Below are positions 1 through 7,797 of a stretch of DNA of 64,000 bases, in pieces. Where the stretch lies: contig DATEPN010000602.1 of assembly GCA_035273225.1 (NCBI GenBank), positions 1,050-65,049 on the forward strand, read 5' to 3'. A model generated the notes under the pieces. The model was not told the origin of the DNA, made no database searches, and saw nothing but the letters and a program-made list of their open reading frames with translations. Origin of the DNA: Acidobacteriaceae bacterium (GTDB lineage: Bacteria > Acidobacteriota > Terriglobia > Terriglobales > Acidobacteriaceae). Position 1 is the first letter of the stretch; each line of letters starts with the position of its first letter. Position numbers and translations under genes: made by a program.

Positions 1-732
1 TTCGCGTTCGTGCCTTACGATGTCCGTCGCTTCCGAAATGCCGGAGAGTTGTCGTGACAGGGCAGAAGTCGAGATGGAGAGTTTTTCATCTGTTTTCCGT
101 CGGCACACTCGGTCCGGCAAGTTGACGAGAAACGGCCATGTCCGAGACATGAGCAGAAAATCGGTTGGGCCCTCCCATCGCATTGCGCAGCGCGCAGGGA
201 CGTCGCAGGGCAAACCAGCCCGGCACCTCTGGTTTCCTGGGATGTGACAAGGAGTATTTCGGAAACATTCGCGAACTGGCGATCGAGATTCCCAATCCGC
301 AAATCTCTGTGTTCAGAACGAAATTAGACGAACCCAAGCGGAAGATGGCGGCCGAGTGATCCTACGCATCTTGTTCCGGCCCACTTCGGTTCTCAGAATC
401 TACCCCAACGCTTCTCGACGCGAGGCAAAATGAATGTGTGAGAACGACCGAGATAAATTTATTTGCTTCAATGACTTGCAGAGGTCATCGCTCGGCTCCG
501 AAGCTCCTTGAGCATCTGAAAGTGGTTCCCGGCTGGTACTCGGAAATGCCCAGTTCTGCAACGACGGAGGGGCTGCAAGCATGTCCGGACGAGGCTTCAG
601 CAGCCGCCCGGTAAGGCTTTTGCTCGGGAGAACCAGCCGGGGACCAGTTATGGTGAATTTCGGCTCTGCAGCGATGTGTTCCGATGCACTTCGCGGTGCT
701 GGATTGCGCTCCAGCGGCGGTTTATGGGCCAA

Positions 733-776
733 CTTTCACGGCGATAACACGGGTTCAAATCCCGTCGGGGACGCCA
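733..776 (+). pseudogene. Orphan 3' half of tRNA-Glu(UUC), running from the anticodon loop to CCA; att-like remnant, not a functional tRNA
   Basis: ctttcacggcgataacacgggttcaaatcccgtcggggacgcca matches the 3' half of bacterial tRNA-Glu almost base for base (recalled consensus ...CTTTCACGGCGGTAACACGGGTTCGAATCCCGT...). It has T-stem ACGGG/CCCGT, T-loop TTCAAAT, acceptor 3' strand CGGGGAC, discriminator G and CCA. The 5 nt upstream (gccaa) cannot pair with the anticodon-stem 3' strand GGCGA. No D-arm or GTCCCCG acceptor 5' strand lies at cloverleaf distance. Confidence 0.7.
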
Positions 777-810
777 AATAATCCACTCCAGGGTTTTGGA
801 TCAAACGGAA

Positions 811-1596
811 CTACTGCGCGGTCCATGCTCCATCCATGGGAAAAGAGGCGCCGGTCATGTTTGAGGCGGCGGGCGAGCAGAGAAAGAGCGCCATCGCGGC
901 GATGTCGTCGATGGCGGTGAAGCGCTGCGAGGGCTCCTTTTCCTGGAGCATCTGACGGGTGGCTTCGTCTTCGGAGATGTGGCGCTCCGCTGCGCGGTCC
1001 TCGATTTGTTTTTGCACCAGCGGCGTGAGAACGAAGCCGGGGCAGATAGCGTTGCAGGTGATGCCGTGCGTTGCGTTTTCCAGAGCCACCACTTTGGTGA
1101 GGCCGATGATTCCGTGCTTCGCAGCCACGTAGGCGGCCTTATGAACCGACGCGACGAGGCCGTGGACCGAAGCGGTATTGATGATGCGTCCGAATGTGCG
1201 GCGCTGCATGCCGGGCAGGGCCGCGCGGATGGTGTGAAACGCGGACGACAGATTGACGGCGAGGATGGCGTTCCAGCGATCGACGGGAAAGCTCTCGGTG
1301 GGTGCGACGTGCTGGATGCCGGCGTTGTTGATGAGGATATCGATCGTGCCGAAGCGCTCTTCGGCATCGCGGATCAGCTGTGCGCATTGCTCGGGATCGG
1401 CAAGGTCGGCCGGGTGGAAGAAAACCTCGATGCTGTGCTGCTGGCGCAGACGCCGGGAGAGAGACTCGGCCTGTTCGGGCGTGGCGATGCCGTTGATGAC
1501 GAGACGGCATCCGGCGGCGGCAAAGGCTTCTGCCATGCCGAGGCCGATGCCCGACGTAGACCCGGTGATAACGGCGGTCGCATCGCGCAGGTTCAT
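811..1596 (-). CDS. bdhA: 3-hydroxybutyrate dehydrogenase (classical SDR)
   Basis: Rossmann motif TGSTSGIGLG, NNAG, and catalytic Ser...YVAAKHG. The long block NNAGIQHVAP..WNAI.AVNLSSAFHT..AALPGM...GRIINTASVHGLVAS..KAAYVAAKHG..GLTKV.ALE...GITCNAICPG is near-consensus BdhA. Start set at ATG 1596, which forms an ATGA overlap with the upstream hydrolase stop. Confidence 0.85.
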   Translation of the reverse strand: MNLRDATAVITGSTSGIGLGMAEAFAAAGCRLVINGIATPEQAESLSRRLRQQHSIEVFFHPADLADPEQCAQLIRDAEERFGTIDILINNAGIQHVAPTESFPVDRWNAILAVNLSSAFHTIRAALPGMQRRTFGRIINTASVHGLVASVHKAAYVAAKHGIIGLTKVVALENATHGITCNAICPGFVLTPLVQKQIEDRAAERHISEDEATRQMLQEKEPSQRFTAIDDIAAMALFLCSPAASNMTGASFPMDGAWTAQ

Positions 1597-2531
1597 GCGG
1601 GGCGCCCTCGCGCGGGCAGACACCGGGCGGCAAAGTCGTCGATGAGATTGGCGACGAGCGTAGCGCCGCGGTCACCCAGGATCATCGTGTAGTGCGTGCT
1701 GTCGGGGATCAGGTGTTCTTCCATCTGCGGGATGCAGGCGCGCATCTGCTCCACCATCGCATCGGAAAAGAGAGGCGGACTCCCTGGGACGAAGCCGGCC
1801 GACGCGCGGATCATGAGGACGGGAAGGCGGAGCTTTCGGCAGCGTCCGATGATGCGCTCACGGTCGAGGCCCTCCATGACATCGGTGCGGACGGCTTCTT
1901 CGGAGGCTCGTGGGCGCAGCGCGGGCGGCTCACCGTCAATCTCGTAGTCGAGGAAGGCTTCGATCCAGGGGCCCCAGGCCTCAGGAGGAAAGTGCGGCTG
2001 GGCGCGCCAGAACTGGCGGTAGGCTTCGCGCGTAGGATAGGTCTGGCGGAGCTGATTGATGCGAAGAGTGAGCGCCGCATCGAGGCTTGGCTGCGAGCCG
2101 GACGCGGCGATGATGGGCGCGTAACCGCCGTCGATGAGGACCAGGCCTGCGACGAGTTCCGGCGCCTGCTCGGCCAGTGCGGTCGCTACGAATCCGCCCA
2201 TGGAGTGGCCGAGGATAATGCTGGGACCAAGATCCATGCTGCGCATTGCGGCGGCCACGTCGGCTGCGTGCTGCGTCATGCCGTAGGGTGAGGGAGGCTT
2301 ATCGGAGCGGCCGCGTCCGCGCAGATCGAGAGCGAAGAGGGCGCGGCGACCAGCCAGGCGCTCGGCGATGCCCACGAAGGTGACGTAGGAAGCAGTGAGG
2401 CCGTGCAACGCCACGAGCGGCGAGCCGCGGCCCGGCCAGTAACCGAACGCCAGCTGAATGCCGTCGCCGGCAACATAGCCCTGCGCCTCGCGCGTCGTTC
2501 TCACATCTGCTCGATGTTGGTCAGCAGTCAT
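1593..2531 (-). CDS. alpha/beta-fold hydrolase
   Basis: Oxyanion HG (VALHGL), nucleophile elbow GHSMGG, and LIDGG. Translationally coupled to bdhA (ATGA). Start at ATG 2531; the ORF extends to a TTG at 2573. Confidence 0.75.
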   Translation of the reverse strand: MTADQHRADVRTTREAQGYVAGDGIQLAFGYWPGRGSPLVALHGLTASYVTFVGIAERLAGRRALFALDLRGRGRSDKPPSPYGMTQHAADVAAAMRSMDLGPSIILGHSMGGFVATALAEQAPELVAGLVLIDGGYAPIIAASGSQPSLDAALTLRINQLRQTYPTREAYRQFWRAQPHFPPEAWGPWIEAFLDYEIDGEPPALRPRASEEAVRTDVMEGLDRERIIGRCRKLRLPVLMIRASAGFVPGSPPLFSDAMVEQMRACIPQMEEHLIPDSTHYTMILGDRGATLVANLIDDFAARCLPARGRPA

Positions 2532-2612
2532 AAGCTTGCCTTGGCACGGGTGAACAGGTTCGACTTTGGACAATCAGGCGTCTCAGGTCGGTGACGGCCT
2601 GTTGCCCGCGGC

Positions 2613-3959
2613 TCACGATCCGTAGAGATTCCGGTTCAGAAATGCATTGCGAAACTTACCGCCGGCATCGTATTCCCGCGCCAGCCCTTCGAAGTCGGCG
2701 AGTCGCTCGTAACGGGCCTCCAGATACTCTGGCGACAGGGTGAAGAGTTTGCCCCAGTGCGGCCTCACGTTCAAGGGCTTCAGCTTCGCTTCGATCTGCG
2801 GCAGGATCTGCTTCACCGCCGGCCACTCCGGCTTCCAGGTGAAGTGCAGCGTCAGCGAACGGCGCCGGTGGGCTGTGCTCATCCAGAGTTCATCGGCATC
2901 GACGGTGCGGAACTCCGTCACGAACAGGTGCGGAGTGATGGCATCGCGCAGCTCCTCCACCGCGCGGATCGCCTCGTATCCCCGCTCCAGCGGCACGAAG
3001 TACTCCGTCTGCAGCTCCTGCCCACTCGACGGCGTAAAGTTCATCCGGAAGTGCGGCAGCCGCTCGTACCAGGGGCCGGGAATTCCCAGTTGTTCGGTGC
3101 AGGCCTCAGCGTCATGCCCTGCGATGGGGTGCATCTTCACTGTGGCCCGGCGCGCGCCGAAGAACTCCGCCCCGAGGGCGTGGCTGTCGGTGCGGTCGGT
3201 GCGGCGCTTGATCCACACCTGAGTGGCGCGGCCTTTCTGCCAGTCGGTGAAGAGGCTGACGCTGTAACCACTGGCGAAGACGTCTTCGAGATGACGCTCC
3301 AGGACCGCAAAGGGCAGGTCGAGGTACACCGTCTGCGCGACCTGGTACGTGGGCTGCACATCGAGCGTTATATGCGTCAGGATGCCCAGCGCTCCCAGAT
3401 GTACGACGGCTCCGCGGAACCTGTCGGCATCCTGTGCACGCGACAGGCGCACCACCACGCCGTTGGCTGACACCATCTCCAGGCCCGAAACTGCGGTCGC
3501 CAAATTGCCATTGTGCAGCCCCGAGCCGTGCGTCGCTGTGGCAATAGCTCCGGCCACCGAAATATGCGGCAGGGAAGCCAGGTTGTGCAGCGCGTATCCC
3601 TGCGCGTTGATTACCGGGGCCAGATCGCCATAGCGGATGCCTGCGCCGACTGTCACCGTCCGCGCGGCTGCATCCAGCTGCACCGTCTTCAGGCCCTGGA
3701 GCGAGACCTGGTTTTCCGTGCTGTCGGCAATGTTGTTGAACGAGTGGCGCGAGCCCAGTGCCTTCAGGTGCGGGCATTTCCTGACGAGAGCCTGCACCTC
3801 CTCCACCGATGCGGCCTGATACAGCCGATCGGTCGAGTAGGTCAAATTTCCCGACCAGTTGGTGCGTGGCTGCGGGTGTGTCTGTGCCGGCAGCAGACTG
3901 CTGAGAAAGCTACCCGAGAGAGCAGCGCCGGCGCCCTTCAGAAACTCGCGCTTGTCCAT
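2613..3959 (-). CDS. FAD-linked alditol (xylitol/sorbitol) oxidase, AldO-like, with a Tat-type signal
   Basis: TNWSGN.TY, LGSRHSFN, ASLPHISVAGA.ATATHGSG, SVSLFTDW, CTEQLG.PGPW.ERLPHF and RPHWGK align along the full length with my recollection of Streptomyces AldO and the ALO family. N-terminus MDKREFLKGAGAAL looks Tat-like. Start at ATG 3959. Confidence 0.8.
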   Translation of the reverse strand: MDKREFLKGAGAALSGSFLSSLLPAQTHPQPRTNWSGNLTYSTDRLYQAASVEEVQALVRKCPHLKALGSRHSFNNIADSTENQVSLQGLKTVQLDAAARTVTVGAGIRYGDLAPVINAQGYALHNLASLPHISVAGAIATATHGSGLHNGNLATAVSGLEMVSANGVVVRLSRAQDADRFRGAVVHLGALGILTHITLDVQPTYQVAQTVYLDLPFAVLERHLEDVFASGYSVSLFTDWQKGRATQVWIKRRTDRTDSHALGAEFFGARRATVKMHPIAGHDAEACTEQLGIPGPWYERLPHFRMNFTPSSGQELQTEYFVPLERGYEAIRAVEELRDAITPHLFVTEFRTVDADELWMSTAHRRRSLTLHFTWKPEWPAVKQILPQIEAKLKPLNVRPHWGKLFTLSPEYLEARYERLADFEGLAREYDAGGKFRNAFLNRNLYGS

Positions 3960-4091
3960 CAACCCGTTCCTTGAGCGGAAATCGGAAACCGTGCCTGTAT
4001 AGACGCCCGGCATGGCGTAGCGCAAGTGCCGCTGTCGCACGCGATGACATTGGCTGGAAAATCCCGTCGGGGAACAGCAGTCCGATGATCC

Positions 4092-4907
4092 CTAGCTGAA
4101 TCGCCGGCGCAGTCCTGCGAACTGCAAAGCGATGTGCCACAGGAATGCTGGGTGGGTGCGCAGGTAGCGGCCGGCCAGGCGCCCTGGATCCTGGGCGAGG
4201 CGATGCAGCCATTGCAGGCCGGCGCGCTTGATCCAGCGCGGGCTGTCCTGGATGCGGCCGGTGTGGTAGTCGAAGGCGGCTCCAACGCCCACGAGCAGGG
4301 GCACGTGCAGGCGATCGAGATACGCGGCCATGAATTTTTCCTGTTTTGGCGTGCTGAGTCCGGTCCAGAGAATGTCGGGCTGCGCGCGGTGGATTGCGGA
4401 GAAAAGCTCGTCTTCTTCGCGCGGTGTGAGCGCACGGAAGAGCGGTGTGGACGTGCCGACGATTTGGAGGCCCGGGAATCGCTGCACGAGTGTACGCTTC
4501 AGAGTTTCGGCGACGCCAGTCTGGCCACCATAGAGAAAATGACGGTAGCCATGCGCAACGGACACGCTGCACATCGCGCTCATGAAATCGGGTCCGAAGA
4601 CACGGTCCATCGCGCTGTGCCCCTGCCAGCGGCCTACCCAGGAGAGGGGCATGCCATCGGGGGCGTTGATGACGGCGGCGTTCAGAATGCGGCGGAAGCC
4701 GGCGTCACGATGCGCTTCCATGACGCCGTGAACGCCTGTGAGACAGATGTACCCGGGGCGGCTGAGGGCGATCCATTCTTCGGCGATCGCGACGGCTCTG
4801 CTCATATTCACGGCCGAAACTTTGACGCCGAGAACGTCAGCGCGCGGATGATCGATAGCCGTGCCGGAGAGGGGGGTCGTTGCTCCTGTGGCCGGAGCGG
4901 TGTTCAT
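4092..4907 (-). CDS. WecB/TagA/CpsF-family glycosyltransferase (GT26)
   Basis: Family hallmarks: V.AVNM..A, INAPDGMPL.W, FLYGG, P.F, PDILW.GLSTPKQEKF, VGAAFD. Start overlaps the upstream gene's stop by 4 nt. Confidence 0.85.
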   Translation of the reverse strand: MNTAPATGATTPLSGTAIDHPRADVLGVKVSAVNMSRAVAIAEEWIALSRPGYICLTGVHGVMEAHRDAGFRRILNAAVINAPDGMPLSWVGRWQGHSAMDRVFGPDFMSAMCSVSVAHGYRHFLYGGQTGVAETLKRTLVQRFPGLQIVGTSTPLFRALTPREEDELFSAIHRAQPDILWTGLSTPKQEKFMAAYLDRLHVPLLVGVGAAFDYHTGRIQDSPRWIKRAGLQWLHRLAQDPGRLAGRYLRTHPAFLWHIALQFAGLRRRFS

Positions 4908-6355
4908 ACGCCTCCGCGGATCGCGAAGAAAAGTGTGTGGACCAGAATAGCCCAGTCCATACAGAGCGTTCTGTTGCGGATGTAGTAGAGATCGTAGTGC
5001 GTATTTTCGTGGATGGGCAGCAGGCGGTCTGCGCTTAATTGCCAGAGCCCGGTGATGCCGGGAGTCACCTGGAGTCGCGGGCCATGCTGCTCACGATAGC
5101 GCTCGACGAGGAAGGGCATTTCGGGGCGGGGGCCCACGAGCGACATGTGGCCGAACAGGACGTTCAGCAACTGCGGCAGTTCGTCGAGCCCAGCGCGCCT
5201 GAGAAGTCTGCCGACGCGGGTGATCCGCGGATCACGCGGATGGATTGGGGAGGGCTGATACGCGGGGGCGGAGACGTGCATGGAGCGAAACTTGAGGATC
5301 GAGAACATCTGGCCGTTCCTGCCCACGCGCTCCTGGAGGAAGAGCACGGGGCCAGGGGAATCGAGCCAGATGAGCAGAGCGATCAGCAGCATCAGAGGCG
5401 CGAGCAGAATGAGCAGCGCGAGCGAGAGGACGATGTCGGTGAGGCGCTTGATGATCTCGAAATAACCAGTGCCAACGGGCTGCACGTTGGAGAGGAGACG
5501 AGCTCCGCCGATGTCCATGCAACCCGCCCACTCGCCGGGAGCCTGCAGCACCGCGATGGAGGTGTGGGCCTGGCCGGCGATATCGCGGAGTTCGCGTATC
5601 TGCTCCTCAGAAACGTGTGGTGCGGCAATAACGAGAAGATCACAGCGCAAGGAGTGCAGAAGAGGGGCAGAGAGCGCCTCACGGGTGATCTCGACGTGCT
5701 GGAGTCGCCGGCCGCCAACGCGGAACAGGGATTCGACGCCAGGGGCCACTTCGTCAATGACGAGCGCCACCGGATGGAGGCCCTGGCGCGGGGAACGGAT
5801 CAGCGTGGACGCAATCTGGCGGGCCGATCCGGTCTCTCCATAGATCACGACGCGGTCGGCGCCGCAGTCGCGCGCATACAGCGCGCGCAGCAGGGCGGAC
5901 CAGGCACGCCGCAGACCGATGAGAGAAACCGGAACGAGGACGACAGCGCAAGCGAGCGCGGCGCCGGAGTCGCGCAGTCCCGCGAGGATAGCGGCGAGCA
6001 GAAGAATCAGCGAGCACTGAACGGTCGCACGCAGGATGCGTTCTGTTTCCCAGATGGGAACCAGAGTGCAGGACCAGCGACGAGCGGGGGTATTCCGCAG
6101 CGAGACGGTGGTGGCGAGACCGGCAGCCATGCTGATGAGGAGAAGCTTCTGCAGTGAGCCAGAGCTGGCGATGGGGTGGATCTGCCACGAAAGAGCGATC
6201 AGAACGCAACCGGCGGTGACGAGAAAATCAAGAGAGACTTCGACCAGGACGGCGACGGTCCAGAAGAGTTCGCGGGACGCGGACTTCCGCCCGGTGATCG
6301 ATGCAGCCAGCGCATCGGCGTAGAGGTTGGATACACAGGAGTCAGAGGCTGCCAT
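4904..6355 (-). CDS. Polyprenyl-phosphate sugar phosphotransferase (EPS priming transferase, WbaP/EpsB-like)
   Basis: N-terminal TM bundle followed by the C-terminal Bac_transf domain: KRLTDIVLSL.LL.LLAPLML.IALLIWLDSPGPV.F.QERVG.NG..F...KFRSM...LDELPQL.NVL.G.MSLVGPRP. Confidence 0.85.
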   Translation of the reverse strand: MAASDSCVSNLYADALAASITGRKSASRELFWTVAVLVEVSLDFLVTAGCVLIALSWQIHPIASSGSLQKLLLISMAAGLATTVSLRNTPARRWSCTLVPIWETERILRATVQCSLILLLAAILAGLRDSGAALACAVVLVPVSLIGLRRAWSALLRALYARDCGADRVVIYGETGSARQIASTLIRSPRQGLHPVALVIDEVAPGVESLFRVGGRRLQHVEITREALSAPLLHSLRCDLLVIAAPHVSEEQIRELRDIAGQAHTSIAVLQAPGEWAGCMDIGGARLLSNVQPVGTGYFEIIKRLTDIVLSLALLILLAPLMLLIALLIWLDSPGPVLFLQERVGRNGQMFSILKFRSMHVSAPAYQPSPIHPRDPRITRVGRLLRRAGLDELPQLLNVLFGHMSLVGPRPEMPFLVERYREQHGPRLQVTPGITGLWQLSADRLLPIHENTHYDLYYIRNRTLCMDWAILVHTLFFAIRGGV

Positions 6356-7736
6356 CGTTCAGGGTCCTGTTCTGCCGGTCGGATCGGTTGATCTGCGTCG
6401 GAGCAACGGCGTATTCCGTTCGGCGGAAGTGGCTGGGAATCGGGGTTCCTGCGTTGGGAAGCAGATAACGTAACAGCGGAAGATACAAAAGCACGGCAAT
6501 GAGGGCGTAGAGGAGCCGGGCCAGCACAACCCCCTGGATGCCGCGAAACGGAGCCAGCGCGGTCATCGAGAAAAGCATCAGGGCGCTGGCAGCCAGACTG
6601 ATGGCAGCAACGACTTTGACCTGGCCCACGGCGAGCAGGACGTAGTACGGGGTCACGGTGAGGGCGAGCAGCGCTGTTCCGCAGAGGATGAGGGGGAGCA
6701 GGGGCGCGGCGGCGGCGGTGATCTGCGGGCCGCCGAGGAGGGCCAGCATCCAGCGCCCGCAGCCGGCCAGCAGCAGAGTTCCGCCGGCGACCAGTGCCGC
6801 GTTCGCCACCAGAGCGCGGGTGATGGGACGGCGCAGGGTGCCCGGCTCCGCAGTCGCTGCCTGCGAGGCAAGATGCGGAAACAGGAAATGCAGTCCGGAG
6901 GATGCGATTCCGTAGAGCGGCTGCGTGATCTGGACGCAGAGAGCATAGGCGGCGACGGCAGCCGCTCCCATCGCGGCCCCGGTGAAGAGCCGATCCGCCT
7001 GGCCCACGACGACGCTCGATGCCGCCTGAATCCAGCTGAAGACGCCAAAGGCGAGAAGGGCACGGAGGCAGTCGCGATTTACAACGGGACGCAGCGAATT
7101 TGTGTGGAGCAGAGCACGGAGGCTGCGGATTTGCAGAACGAGCGAGAGGGCCAGCAGGGCGGCGTTGGCGAGGAGGATGTCGGTAATGCTGCGATGGGCC
7201 CAGGCCAGCGCCGCGGCGGCGATCATCGCGGCGATACGGCCGGTGACGCTGAGGTAGAGGGCAGGGCCGTAGCGCTCGAAGCCGCGCTGCGTGCTGATGC
7301 AGACGGTCTCCATGGCTCGCGCCAGGATGATGAAGCTGGCGACGCGCAGAGCACCGAGGCAGTCGGCGCGCAGTGCGACATCGGCGGGAACGATGCGGGA
7401 GGCCAAAAGCGGCGCTGCGGCCCACGCGAGGGCGCCGAGCGCAGCGCCCAGGGTGAGGTGAATGCCCATCGAGGTGCGAACGGTTTCGATCAGCGCCGGG
7501 AGGTTCTTTTGGCCACGATGGGTGGCGACCTGCTGAATGTTCGCGTCGCCGAAGCCGGAGGCGAGGATCGCTCCGGCATTGATGGCGGCCATGGCTACGG
7601 CCCAGATGCCGAATCGCGCGACGCCGAGTTGGCGGAGGAGGATGGGGGCGAGCAGGAGGATGCCAATGGGCCAGGCCGCATAATCGAGCACGCCCCAAAG
7701 CGCGTTGGACAGGTTCCGTTGGATCGCGCGCCGCAT
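6342..7736 (-). CDS. Oligosaccharide/polysaccharide flippase (Wzx-like, MOP superfamily)
   Basis: 464 aa with about 12-14 hydrophobic spans. The N-terminus is typical of the polysaccharide biosynthesis protein family. Overlaps the downstream priming transferase by 14 nt. Confidence 0.7.
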   Translation of the reverse strand: MRRAIQRNLSNALWGVLDYAAWPIGILLLAPILLRQLGVARFGIWAVAMAAINAGAILASGFGDANIQQVATHRGQKNLPALIETVRTSMGIHLTLGAALGALAWAAAPLLASRIVPADVALRADCLGALRVASFIILARAMETVCISTQRGFERYGPALYLSVTGRIAAMIAAAALAWAHRSITDILLANAALLALSLVLQIRSLRALLHTNSLRPVVNRDCLRALLAFGVFSWIQAASSVVVGQADRLFTGAAMGAAAVAAYALCVQITQPLYGIASSGLHFLFPHLASQAATAEPGTLRRPITRALVANAALVAGGTLLLAGCGRWMLALLGGPQITAAAAPLLPLILCGTALLALTVTPYYVLLAVGQVKVVAAISLAASALMLFSMTALAPFRGIQGVVLARLLYALIAVLLYLPLLRYLLPNAGTPIPSHFRRTEYAVAPTQINRSDRQNRTLNDGSL

Positions 7737-7768
7737 TCACAGTGAAGGTAGCGGGACGCGGCGGCTGC

Positions 7769-7797
7769 CCTGTCAGGTAATTGTTATTGCTTTGTCA
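7769..7797 (-). promoter_or_regulatory. Phased direct repeats, site F (minus strand: TGACAAA-gcaa-TAACAAT-tacc-TGACAGG)
   Basis: Three heptamers at exact 11-bp spacing in an AT-rich patch, 33-61 nt upstream of the flippase ATG (7736). The site overlaps the last codons and stop of the nucleotidyltransferase gene. Confidence 0.4.

Noticed and set aside
568-625. GGGGCTGCAAGCATGTCCGGACGAGG...CAGCAGCC, superficially like a tmRNA 5' end or the SRP RNA domain IV motif.
   Set aside because: It lacks the GGAA tetraloop context and symmetric-loop pairing of SRP RNA. It is too close to the CCA end for a tmRNA. This is pattern similarity only.
400-776. tmRNA (ssrA) ending in the T-arm/CCA at 749-776. 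The region has tmRNA-like length and poor coding potential.
   Set aside because: The acceptor 3' strand is CGGGGAC with discriminator G, so a G3:U70 alanine identity pair is impossible. No GGGG...TTCGAC-type 5' end pairs with it. No tag ORF ending in ..LAA-type residues was found on either strand. The 3' 44 nt instead match tRNA-Glu.
525-776. An intron-containing tRNA using GTTCCCG (525-531) as the acceptor 5' strand.
   Set aside because: The heptamer can pair with CGGGGAC. However, the following bases form no D-arm, and no anticodon-stem 5' strand is complementary to GGCGA. The match is most likely chance.
4045-4051. Isolated TGACATT (4045-4051) upstream of the oxidase gene, and isolated TGACAAA (minus strand, 40420-40426) upstream of the GH78-like gene.
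   Set aside because: These are single heptamers without an 11-bp-phased partner. About 3 chance copies of such an AT-rich 7-mer are expected in 64 kb, so I did not count them as sites.
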